From a virus, in IMG/VR virus record IMGVR_UViG_3300010354_000053, positions 1 through 64,000 of that record: DNA of 64,000 bases; one strand, written 5' to 3'. Below are positions 46,361 through 55,267 of this stretch, piece by piece. The notes below the pieces were generated by a model. It was given only the letters and a program-made list of their open reading frames with translations. It was not told the DNA's origin and ran no database searches. A program made the position numbers and the translations under genes. Each line of letters opens with the position of its first letter. Within the stretch, counting starts at the first letter, position 1.

Positions 46361-47249
46361 ATAAATACTCTTGAACGCCGTCAGCAAGTTCTTTAATGTA
46401 TGTTGGAGCATGGCGTAAGCCGTTTGCAGATTTTGGAGTTACATACATACAATTACCTTCTTGAATAAACGCATGTAAATAGTCTTCCATATAAGCTGGC
46501 CTCCAGCCTGTTTTTGGCTCTCCCGTTATTTCAATACTTACCTGGCCATTGGTTACTTTAGAAATATGCTCAATAATTTTTTGAATTTTATCTTTAATTT
46601 CTAAATCTTTTTGTTCTTTTTGATAAATAAAATGAGTACCAAGATAATAGGCATCGGTAGTGGGTTTTGGATATAGATACGCATTAATAAAACGACCTTC
46701 TTTTGCATTTAAACAAAATCTTGGATAACGATCAAATACTTCTCCGCTTGGCTTGCACTCTACCGACCATCCCCAACGATAATCGGTAGGTTTATATTTA
46801 TGAAAACCATTAGCGTGAATAATAAGGCGATTTGTTGGAGTTTTATTTATGCGAGAAGAAAAGAAAAAATCTTGGGTAAACTGCACAAACGCTTGTACAT
46901 TAACATGCATTGATTGTTTGTTTAAAACTTTAATATTACCTATAGTTTGCACGTACCTGAGTTCTTTAGAATTATTATGATGCGGAATGCTTTTTTGGGT
47001 ATATCCGTAAGGGACAGCTTCTGAAAAAAGAATAATTGGTCTGCGGTCTGTTTGGCTGAACGATTGTAGCCAAAGGTTATAATTAATTGCATCTAGCTCT
47101 TCACCTGATGGGTAAATACACCCAGTACTTGCCTTCCATGCACCGGGTGAATCGTCGTCTTCCCACGAAAACATAATTTTTCTACTAGTAAGCTCCCAAG
47201 CAAGAAGTGAACCAATCAATCCAAAGCCTTTAATATGTACTGTAGACAT
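46344..47249 (-). CDS. FAD-dependent oxidoreductase (glycine oxidase / DAO-like)
   Basis: N-terminal GFGLIGSLLAWEL Rossmann motif, AWKASTG, HANG, GWRP, NGLRHAP. Confidence 0.8.
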   Translation of the reverse strand: MSTVHIKGFGLIGSLLAWELTSRKIMFSWEDDDSPGAWKASTGCIYPSGEELDAINYNLWLQSFSQTDRRPIILFSEAVPYGYTQKSIPHHNNSKELRYVQTIGNIKVLNKQSMHVNVQAFVQFTQDFFFSSRINKTPTNRLIIHANGFHKYKPTDYRWGWSVECKPSGEVFDRYPRFCLNAKEGRFINAYLYPKPTTDAYYLGTHFIYQKEQKDLEIKDKIQKIIEHISKVTNGQVSIEITGEPKTGWRPAYMEDYLHAFIQEGNCMYVTPKSANGLRHAPTYIKELADGVQEYLYATSI

Positions 47250-47265
47250 TTTTTAATTCCCGATT

Positions 47266-47736
47266 TTAGTACGGACCAAATGCTCCTCCGCCTCCGCGGC
47301 GCCGCGATGGCACTGCATTCTGGCGTTGTTGTTCTTCCCACTCCCTCTGCAACTCCTCTTGTGTTGCCGTTAGTACTGGCGACGGCGTGCGTTGATTCGC
47401 CGCCGTTGTCCCGTTTCCCACAGGTTGCTGCTGTTTTGGTGTAGGAGAAGAAAGATTTTGGTTAATTCGTTGCAATACTTCCACTACAGGATTGCTAGAA
47501 ATTTCTTTAAACAGAGCCGCTAGCTTTACTGCCTTTTCTTCTACTTCGGATATTGCTTTAGCCGTTTCTGGATTGTTATTTTCTAGTAATTGCTCCAGCA
47601 CAATGTTTAGGCTTTTTTGAATATGCCCCCAAAGAAATTCTCCGCTAGGAAGGGTCAAAATGCCCTCTTTAAGAGCTTCATTCTCGAGAGCCGATTGAAC
47701 ATCGCTCAGTAATTTAATTTTTTCTTTCTTGTCCAT
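47266..47736 (-). CDS. Hypothetical protein
   Basis: GAGG RBS; lies directly after recA. Confidence 0.65.
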   Translation of the reverse strand: MDKKEKIKLLSDVQSALENEALKEGILTLPSGEFLWGHIQKSLNIVLEQLLENNNPETAKAISEVEEKAVKLAALFKEISSNPVVEVLQRINQNLSSPTPKQQQPVGNGTTAANQRTPSPVLTATQEELQREWEEQQRQNAVPSRRRGGGGAFGPY

Positions 47737-47737
47737 A

Positions 47738-48826
47738 TCATCCCTCGTAAATATCAGCATTCATAGCAATACCCATGTTTTTTGAAGTAAATACTTCTTG
47801 CTTGATTTTGGCGTATAGGTTTTCATCCATTTTGACCAAATCTACAAACTTAGACATATTTCCCCCCTTGATTCCAAGCTCCTCCGGGCCAAAATAAATT
47901 GTGTTTCCTGTTTCTTTTTTATAGAGAACACCGAGATTAAGAGCTAGCTCAACAAGTTCTTCGTATTGGTTAGCTAGTTCGCCACTTTCCATATTTAACC
48001 AGAATTCAGCAGCTTTGCCCTCGACAGTAAGGCGCGTTTTATTAACTTTGCAGCGAACCTTAGAACCGACTGCAATATTCTTGCCTTGGCCGTCTTTGGA
48101 TTCGGAGACCAGCTTGTCCTTCATGCCAGTTGCCTTTTCCAAAAAAATAATAGTCGAGCATAGGTGTTTTAGCCGTTGACCGCCAGTAAGCACCCATGGA
48201 TAGTACTTAGCCATACGGGTATCGAGGTTTGCCATAGCATGGTTAGTAAGCACGACCAACACTTCGCACTCGTTAGCAATACGGTTTAATACGTTTAAGG
48301 CTGGATTGATGCTTTTAGAAATACCACCGTATCCATTAGCAGCACCGCTAACATCGCCTTCTTCCATTGCCCCCTGTTCGCCAAGTGCAGTAAGAGCTTT
48401 AACGGAATCAAGGACAATTGCGCAACAATCCTTGTTTTTTTTGATTTCCTCTTCTGCCTTAGCTAGAGGCTTAATAGCACCTTCAAACGTGTTTGATTGA
48501 ATAACTACCAGACGGTCGAGATCAACACCTAAACTGGCTGCACGTTCGGGGTTAAACGCATATTCTGTGTCGATAAATATGCCGTATTTAGTTGGATTCA
48601 TCCGCTGTTCTTGTGCAAGCAGCTTTAGAGCCATAAGACTTTTACCCGAGCCGGGTGAACCCCACAGCATAACTAGTTCACCGACCGGAATACCACCGCC
48701 TACGGCCCAGTCAAATGAAACCGAACCGGTAGAGCGAACTTGTTTTTGTTTATTAGAAAATTCTTTGGCTACGGCTACTCGCTCCATTTTTAACATTGAC
48801 GATAAATAACTTGGTAGTTTTGACAT
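47738..48826 (-). CDS. recA: RecA/UvsX-like recombinase
   Basis: STGSVSFDWAVGGGIP, GSPGSGKS, FIDTE, LGVD, IVLDSV, TGG.RLKH. Confidence 0.92.
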   Translation of the reverse strand: MSKLPSYLSSMLKMERVAVAKEFSNKQKQVRSTGSVSFDWAVGGGIPVGELVMLWGSPGSGKSLMALKLLAQEQRMNPTKYGIFIDTEYAFNPERAASLGVDLDRLVVIQSNTFEGAIKPLAKAEEEIKKNKDCCAIVLDSVKALTALGEQGAMEEGDVSGAANGYGGISKSINPALNVLNRIANECEVLVVLTNHAMANLDTRMAKYYPWVLTGGQRLKHLCSTIIFLEKATGMKDKLVSESKDGQGKNIAVGSKVRCKVNKTRLTVEGKAAEFWLNMESGELANQYEELVELALNLGVLYKKETGNTIYFGPEELGIKGGNMSKFVDLVKMDENLYAKIKQEVFTSKNMGIAMNADIYEG

Positions 48827-48834
48827 TTATTACC

Positions 48835-49305
48835 TCATGCACGGATGCTGATATTGTTAAAGTTAGTACGGCCATAAATATTTTTCTTAACATCATCTAT
48901 GGAAATTGATAGCACTGAACGGACTGAAGATAAATAAGAATAAACGCTCTCCCAATATGCTTCATCCTCTTGTGCCATTTGATATTCTGGTTGAATACAA
49001 ATAAATGCCTGTTTATCTTTTTCTGTGGGTTTTTGTAGATTTTTTTCAGCCGCCCATTCGGGGAATTTTTCAATTCGTAATACCGATTCAATTCGTTCCT
49101 TTTCAATCTTTGATTTAGACAAAGAGTATTGTGCTTTAGTCATTAGCTCAGAAATGGCAAGCAGTCCTTCACGCATTGACTGTAAAAACACAGGAGCGTC
49201 GTGTTCGCTAACTTGCACAGATTGTTTGCTCTTTGCAATAAAAGGAGCAAGTTGATTAGCGATCATGTTCATTTGATCGCGCTTAGAAACAACTTCTGAT
49301 GCCAT
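48835..49305 (-). CDS. Helical protein, possible UvsY-like recombination mediator
   Basis: Lies between SSB and RecA; long helices with KPTE..K.AFI...PEY. Confidence 0.45.
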   Translation of the reverse strand: MASEVVSKRDQMNMIANQLAPFIAKSKQSVQVSEHDAPVFLQSMREGLLAISELMTKAQYSLSKSKIEKERIESVLRIEKFPEWAAEKNLQKPTEKDKQAFICIQPEYQMAQEDEAYWESVYSYLSSVRSVLSISIDDVKKNIYGRTNFNNISIRA

Positions 49306-49322
49306 ATGTCCACCTAATATAT

Positions 49323-49350
49323 AAAAAAACCGACCAAATGCATGGTCGGT
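49323..49350 (-). terminator. Rho-independent terminator after ssb
   Basis: ACCGACCA-N6-TGGTCGGT stem with a T-run on the minus strand. Confidence 0.75.
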
Positions 49351-49373
49351 CAAAAACAAATTATTGAGTACTA

Positions 49374-50291
49374 TTAGAAGGGATTCCAGTTCTCATCATC
49401 TGTGCTGTCAAAATCAACAGATGCAGAACTTGCAGCCGGCTTACTACTACCTTCTTCTCCACTGTTAGCAGATTTGCGGAGTAAACGTTCAGGAAGTTCT
49501 GTGCCACCAGACGCAACAAATGCAGCCATTTCATCTTCACTCCAAAGGCGAGAAGCAAACATTTGCACTAAATCGATCATCTTTTCTGGATCTTTGAGGC
49601 GATCTTTAACAGAATTAGGGAGTGTTTGCTCATAAAGCATTTCGGTTTTTTGGCGACCAACCATCTTTGATTCAACGCAAAGATCTGCGGAATAACGAGT
49701 GTCGAGCTTTTCTCCAGTTTTATTTAATACCATCCAACCAGTAGGCTCAGAAGGATTGTAAACTTGTGCGTTATAATCTTTAAATTTATGCACAACACCA
49801 CTGATTTTTTTGCCGGCGTCACCAAAGATAGACTTGATCAACGAAGTTTTAGCATCAAGTACCGAAATCTTGTCGTCGCCGCGAAGAACAACAAGAACAG
49901 AGAATCTACGTTTTTGCTCAAAGGATTTAGCAAGCGTAGAGTGGTTCAAGTATTTTTCATGCATCTTATGACCAGGGGCTTTAGCACCCATTTCTTCGAG
50001 CTTGACGGCTTCATCGCGGTGCTTCCAATGAGCATCGCAGATAGAACACGTTTTGCCAACAGAGCGAGGGCATGGAATACGCATGTATTCACCATTCAAA
50101 GTGTATTCATGGAAATGGTTTTCTGCGTATGGACGAGGTTTACCAACATGTTGATTAACAACTACACGCAACGTAAGTGGCCAAGTAGTGTTTTTAGCAC
50201 CGCCAACATAGTTGATTTTTTCGCGTTGTTCTTTTTGTTTACCAACAGAGAAGTCTTCATTTTCAAGAAGTGAATAATCAAAATTTTCCAT
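49374..50291 (-). CDS. gp32-like single-stranded DNA-binding protein
   Basis: H.H..CP....CSIC zinc site, KTGEKLDTRY, acidic tail DFDSTDDENWNPF. Confidence 0.75.
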   Translation of the reverse strand: MENFDYSLLENEDFSVGKQKEQREKINYVGGAKNTTWPLTLRVVVNQHVGKPRPYAENHFHEYTLNGEYMRIPCPRSVGKTCSICDAHWKHRDEAVKLEEMGAKAPGHKMHEKYLNHSTLAKSFEQKRRFSVLVVLRGDDKISVLDAKTSLIKSIFGDAGKKISGVVHKFKDYNAQVYNPSEPTGWMVLNKTGEKLDTRYSADLCVESKMVGRQKTEMLYEQTLPNSVKDRLKDPEKMIDLVQMFASRLWSEDEMAAFVASGGTELPERLLRKSANSGEEGSSKPAASSASVDFDSTDDENWNPF

Positions 50292-50304
50292 TTTACGGCT
50301 CCTT

Positions 50305-50931
50305 TTAACGGTATTGAAATTTAGCTAGCGACGGATTCATTGAATTATTAGCAGCAGCGGTTACTCTTGATAACTCGATGCCTTCTTCGATTGTTTTGAT
50401 CACGGTTGCAATTTTTTCTTCTTGCGACTTTTTACCACCCCCTTTTGGTACGGCAATTACGGTTCTTGACAAACGACTATTAAGTGGTGTGCGTCGAAAT
50501 GTGTAAAATACGTTTGATTGTAGCTCACCAGTTCTAAAAATTTGAGAAACGCTAATGTTATCTTGTTGCAAAGTTAGATCTTCTACGATTCGCATAAAAT
50601 CACGATTGCTTTCAATTTTTTTAGAAACTCGACTCGTATCAGGGGTTCTGCGAAGAGCTGTCGTGCCGGAAAATAATTTAAGGCAATTAGCAAAAAGGAC
50701 GTTCGCTTCAGTTGCAGAAATTTCAAATGGCATCTCTCTACTTAGAGATGCCGCGTATCCTTTTGTTTTCATTTCTTCCGCCATTTGAATTGCGTAATCA
50801 GAAACGTATCCAAGTTGGATGGGTGAATATTTTTCAACACCTTGAATAATAACTTGAGCTTCATCTTCTTTAAGATCTGATAAATCTATGATTACTGGAA
50901 TTGAATAAGAACGGTCGTACATAACGGTCAT
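50305..50931 (-). CDS. Hypothetical protein
   Basis: GGAG RBS, ATGA overlap. Confidence 0.65.
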   Translation of the reverse strand: MTVMYDRSYSIPVIIDLSDLKEDEAQVIIQGVEKYSPIQLGYVSDYAIQMAEEMKTKGYAASLSREMPFEISATEANVLFANCLKLFSGTTALRRTPDTSRVSKKIESNRDFMRIVEDLTLQQDNISVSQIFRTGELQSNVFYTFRRTPLNSRLSRTVIAVPKGGGKKSQEEKIATVIKTIEEGIELSRVTAAANNSMNPSLAKFQYR

Positions 50932-51383
50932 TTTTTTCTCCTAGACGGTTTCTTTGGTTTTCGCCTTGCTTTATTTTCAACAATACTTTTTTGTTTATGA
51001 CAAGGAATACATTTTACGGTTAGTCTTGATAATATGTGTTGTTTGGTTTCATCAGTTATGTTTTCCTCATCAAAAAAATCTATGCCAACAAACATTCGAT
51101 CAACATATGTATTCCAATCTTTCCATCCAGAAATCTCAATTACTGGATCTTCATGATCTACCTGTATTTCTTTATAATCGAAAATTTTATTACAGGAGCA
51201 ACACTTATACTTAACTCTTTTTGCCTTGCTCTCTGTTCCGTCTTTTTTAGATGCTTTATATGGAATTTTGGCATTTTCTAAAACAAGTTTTTTGATTGGA
51301 CTAATAGAAAATAAACGCCGAATTGCAGAAATTAACGACGCTCTTAATACCCACTTACGTTTCTTTTTAGATTTCTTTGCCAT
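50928..51383 (-). CDS. HNH-type endonuclease
   Basis: YKCCSC..IQVDHEDPV..KCIPCHKQKS. Confidence 0.75.
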   Translation of the reverse strand: MAKKSKKKRKWVLRASLISAIRRLFSISPIKKLVLENAKIPYKASKKDGTESKAKRVKYKCCSCNKIFDYKEIQVDHEDPVIEISGWKDWNTYVDRMFVGIDFFDEENITDETKQHILSRLTVKCIPCHKQKSIVENKARRKPKKPSRRKK

Positions 51384-51401
51384 CTATTGATGGTAATAAA
51401 T

Positions 51402-52205
51402 TTAAATTGAAAAGTCGATGATATCTTGTAGATTAAAATATGGTTTTTTCGTAAAACTACTTACGCCAACTTTTCCCACAAATAAACAAAGTTTATGGCG
51501 ATAAGAACCTAGCTTTTTACTTATTTTAGGATCGTATTCAAATACTTTCTTTTTTATACCAGAAACTGGATCATCGACTAGCCGATCTTTTGGCCACATA
51601 CGCACTCGAACATCATCGCTGCCATCAAAGATAGAAACTTCAATAAATTCTTTACCATCATACTTTTTAGTGGCATATCCATTAAAATAACCAAAAAATG
51701 CTTTACGCCACATGCCAGTTTTTACCGAAAATTCAGATATTGTCCCCTTGTAGTTTTTAGCTATTGCTACACGGTCTTCTACTTTCTGGCCATTTTGATC
51801 AATAGTAAATTGGCGAGCGAATGGAAACACTTCGGCAAATTCTTCTTTAGTAGGTTTAAAGCCCAGTTGCTGTAGCGCAGATTGATATACATTACAAAAG
51901 TTAATGGAAAAAATTGGATTAAAATCAGCCAACCACAGCTGACGATCAAAGTCAGACGTGATTTTTTCCATAGGAATGCGTTGGTCTTTGATCTTTGGAA
52001 AACCGGCGGTAGACTTACACGCCTTTTTAAGTTGCTCAACAGCCGCAAATCTCTGGTCTACTGTAAGTGGTTCTGGAAAGCAGTCGTCAAATGCACCACT
52101 CATGATCATAGTTATAATTGGCGAAACCATAATTTTAATTTCGCCGGTTTCATAATTCTGTTTTACGTCCTTAACTTTCGCTAAAAAGTCTTCCCATTTA
52201 CTCAA
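51402..52205 (-). CDS. dnaE: DNA polymerase III alpha C-terminal part (post-HhH helices plus OB fold) encoded as a separate gene
   Basis: WEDFLAKV..MIMSGAFD, then OB-like FFGY..KKYDGKEFIEVSIFDGSDDVRVRMWP..LCLFVGKV; likely TTG start at 52205 with GAGG RBS. Confidence 0.7.
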   Translation of the reverse strand: MSKWEDFLAKVKDVKQNYETGEIKIMVSPIITMIMSGAFDDCFPEPLTVDQRFAAVEQLKKACKSTAGFPKIKDQRIPMEKITSDFDRQLWLADFNPIFSINFCNVYQSALQQLGFKPTKEEFAEVFPFARQFTIDQNGQKVEDRVAIAKNYKGTISEFSVKTGMWRKAFFGYFNGYATKKYDGKEFIEVSIFDGSDDVRVRMWPKDRLVDDPVSGIKKKVFEYDPKISKKLGSYRHKLCLFVGKVGVSSFTKKPYFNLQDIIDFSI

Positions 52206-54195
52206 TGTAAACAACCTCATCAAAGTAGTAATCTTGCGTATGATGCTCAATCATCAGCACAAGCTTACGATCTGAAATTTCTTTAATCGCGCTGATGCAG
52301 ATTTCCTGTGTAGCAAGATCGCAACCTTGCAGGCTTTCATCAAGCATCAAAATCGGGCTATTATACATATCTGATAAAGCTAATTGAAACGCTAAAACCA
52401 AACGGCTAAATTGACCACCAGATAAATCATCTTCATTGAGTGTTTCTAATACTTGTCCATCACATGTTAGCTCTAAATTAATTGCGGAAATTTCTTTATC
52501 TTTAGACTTTAGCTTTCTAGTAGTTTTTAATTCGGCTTTAACTCGACCGTCTAACAGTAGATCTAGCCAATATGTAGCACGGAAATTAATTTCATCGATA
52601 ATACTTTCTAGCGATTCCAACATTGACTTCTGCCAAACTTCGCCAATTTCACTGCAGCCAGAATATAGTTCTTTAGCGTCTTGCTTCTGTTTTGCAATCT
52701 CTACTAAAGATTCTGTTAACGCATTTAATTTTTGCTCGTACTCATTAATTTTATTGCTAATTTCTGCATTTTTATTAATCTGATCAAGCTTTGCTTGCAA
52801 AGCATTCTTCTTAGAAGTTTCTTTGCTTAGTTCATTTGAATATGTTTCTATTTTCATAAACGCAGATTGAATTTTGCTTTCTAGTTCAGCCATTGGAATC
52901 AAATTAGCGTTTGTGTTAATAATTTGGTCAGCTTTTTGTTTCTTTTTCTGTAGTCCCAAAATGTTATTTTCAACATCATCTGATAAAACTTTGTACTTTC
53001 GCATTTCTTTTAAATGATCACCCAATTGGCTTGCGGCCAACTCAAATTTTTGAATATTGTTTTTATGTTTAAGAATTTTTGTATTAATTTCAGATTCAAA
53101 ATTAGTGACTGAAATTGATTCTACAGCATCGTGATGGCTAAGAAACTCTTCACAAATTATTTTTAAATCTAAAATTCTGTCTACAATCTCTGGTTCGCCG
53201 TATAGCTCAATATTCTGTGTGAGATTAAATATTTTGCCCAAAGACAACTGTTTTTGTTCTTGATATCTTTCTAGGTTTTGCATCTGCGAAAGCAGCCATT
53301 CCATTTTGTTTAATTCTTGCTTCAGTTTTTTGGCTTGCTCTAAATATTCGTTTATTTGTTTGCTAACATAATCTTCTTTGAAATCAAGCAGCTTTTCTTT
53401 ATATTCGGCTTGTTTTACTGTTAATTCTTGAAGGTTTTCTTCATATTTAAATAAAAAATCGGAGGCCGATTGAAATACGTTACGTGCTGGATGATTTTTG
53501 TTTTCATTAAATTCATCTCGAGCTTTTTTGAGTTCATCAATCTTACGAGTTAACGTATAAATGTGACCTTCTGTCGCAGTAATTTTTTTCTGTAAATCTT
53601 TTGGCGCACCTTGTACATCAAACATAGTTTCCGACAGAGAGCTGATTGTGTTTTTAGCTTCTTTTATTTTGTCTTGGATGTTTTGTTCTTTGTGTTCTAA
53701 TTGGCTAAGTAAATTACCCACTTCCTTAGTTTTTTCGGTAATTTCTTCTTTTTGTTTAAATGGATCAGAGCCTTTAAACGCAAGCTCGTTAATTAATTCC
53801 ATTTGCTCTGAAGGAGACAAATTAATCAAACTATTCTTTTGATTTTGAGCAACATATGAACAAATATCAAATTCGGTTTTATTCATACGCAAAATATTTT
53901 CAATTTCATTCTGCGCGGTAGATGAACTAAGCCCGTTTACCTTGAGTATGTTTGGGCCACGACCTCTAGTTATTGAGAGATCAAAACCGTCGAATTGTAC
54001 CGATGTAGTTTCTTCATTCCATGTCGTAATCTTATTCTGTTTACCATAAAAAGCGTAGCTAATAGCTTTAAAAACAGACGACTTTCCCACACCGCTGCGC
54101 CCATGAATACGCACCATGCCAGTTTCGGGTAGAGAAAAAGATACGTCGTTATGATTACGGAAGTTTGTCAAAGATAAATTGATACGATTTTTCAA
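52198..54195 (-). CDS. sbcC: SbcC/Rad50/gp46-like ATPase
   Basis: LTNFRNH, GRSGVGKSS, long coiled coil, LSGGQ, LMLDE, IEH. Confidence 0.9.
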   Translation of the reverse strand: MKNRINLSLTNFRNHNDVSFSLPETGMVRIHGRSGVGKSSVFKAISYAFYGKQNKITTWNEETTSVQFDGFDLSITRGRGPNILKVNGLSSSTAQNEIENILRMNKTEFDICSYVAQNQKNSLINLSPSEQMELINELAFKGSDPFKQKEEITEKTKEVGNLLSQLEHKEQNIQDKIKEAKNTISSLSETMFDVQGAPKDLQKKITATEGHIYTLTRKIDELKKARDEFNENKNHPARNVFQSASDFLFKYEENLQELTVKQAEYKEKLLDFKEDYVSKQINEYLEQAKKLKQELNKMEWLLSQMQNLERYQEQKQLSLGKIFNLTQNIELYGEPEIVDRILDLKIICEEFLSHHDAVESISVTNFESEINTKILKHKNNIQKFELAASQLGDHLKEMRKYKVLSDDVENNILGLQKKKQKADQIINTNANLIPMAELESKIQSAFMKIETYSNELSKETSKKNALQAKLDQINKNAEISNKINEYEQKLNALTESLVEIAKQKQDAKELYSGCSEIGEVWQKSMLESLESIIDEINFRATYWLDLLLDGRVKAELKTTRKLKSKDKEISAINLELTCDGQVLETLNEDDLSGGQFSRLVLAFQLALSDMYNSPILMLDESLQGCDLATQEICISAIKEISDRKLVLMIEHHTQDYYFDEVVYIE

Positions 54196-55132
54196 GTTTA
54201 CGTTCCTTCACATAGTCAGAAAAACGTTCGGTAAAACTTTTTGTATTTGCCTGTAACTTGCGCTGTGTTTTTTCTTGATGATCTTCCGCAATGAATTTAA
54301 ACTTAACTTGCTTAGCCAATTTTTTATATTCTTTTGTTTTCTTAAACGCAATAATGTTAAACGATGTATCCTTGATAACAATGCGATATTCGTTTACAGG
54401 ATCAATCTGGAATTTATTGACGTCTTCAATTTTTATTTCACGTGTAACAAACTTTGGCATTTGTAAGTCAATAGCCTGAATAACTTTATAATTTTCATTT
54501 TTAATGTCAATTAAAAAAACAAACTTTTCTTCATCTTCACTAAATCGATGTTGGCATGGAGTTCCGGGGTACCAAATTAAATTTCCTACGGTGTGTTCAC
54601 CATGGATGTGTCCACTAATCACCTTGCACGATGGAAGCTCATCGCCATGTTCACTTTTTAACCCAGCTTCCATCAAACAGCCTTTGAATTCTTGATGAGC
54701 AAACAATAAAGTTTCTCTTCCTGATAACATCTCCATGGCTTTATGGAATGCTCCGGGAGGGCAATAAGGAATAAAACCGACGTGTGTATCATCAATACAA
54801 TCATATATAGGATGATCAACCACAACGTAATTTGGAGTGTTTTTAAATGGCGCAAGAGCATGAAATCTAGGTAAGAAAGTCTTGCTATCGTTCATTTCAT
54901 GGTTGCCAAGAATATGGACAATCTTTACATGGCTGTTTGCGCTTAAAAACTCAGAAAAAATAGTGAGGCAATCATTACGAACAATATCGTGCTCGTCAAA
55001 CACGTCACCTAGTAAAACTACCATCTCAGGGTTAACTGAAGATATAGTTTCAGTTAACCGAGATAACAGCAACTCTGAACGCTTTAATCTGCGGTGTGTT
55101 AGATGGATGTCCCCGACTACTAAACAATTCAT
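54155..55132 (-). CDS. sbcD: SbcD/Mre11/gp47-like nuclease
   Basis: GDIH, LGDVFD, GNHE, AHQE, SGHIH, YPGTP. Confidence 0.9.
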   Translation of the reverse strand: MNCLVVGDIHLTHRRLKRSELLLSRLTETISSVNPEMVVLLGDVFDEHDIVRNDCLTIFSEFLSANSHVKIVHILGNHEMNDSKTFLPRFHALAPFKNTPNYVVVDHPIYDCIDDTHVGFIPYCPPGAFHKAMEMLSGRETLLFAHQEFKGCLMEAGLKSEHGDELPSCKVISGHIHGEHTVGNLIWYPGTPCQHRFSEDEEKFVFLIDIKNENYKVIQAIDLQMPKFVTREIKIEDVNKFQIDPVNEYRIVIKDTSFNIIAFKKTKEYKKLAKQVKFKFIAEDHQEKTQRKLQANTKSFTERFSDYVKERKLEKSYQFIFDKLP

Positions 55133-55267
55133 AGCACCTCACTTTAAAGCTAGCGTACCAAAATTAATAAAATTGAAAACAAAAAAGTTCAGTTGTCATC
55201 CGATAGGTGTTTTCTTATTTCTACGATTGTGGTTTTATTTAAAAACAAACCCAAAAAAGAAGACGCT

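Noticed and set aside
39860-52210. Programmed inversion that would rejoin the two dnaE halves (the geometry would allow it)
   Set aside because: No inverted repeat is visible at the two breakpoints and no recombinase is in the window. The C-half has its own RBS/start overlapping the sbcC stop, so stable fission is more likely. Read mapping would settle it.
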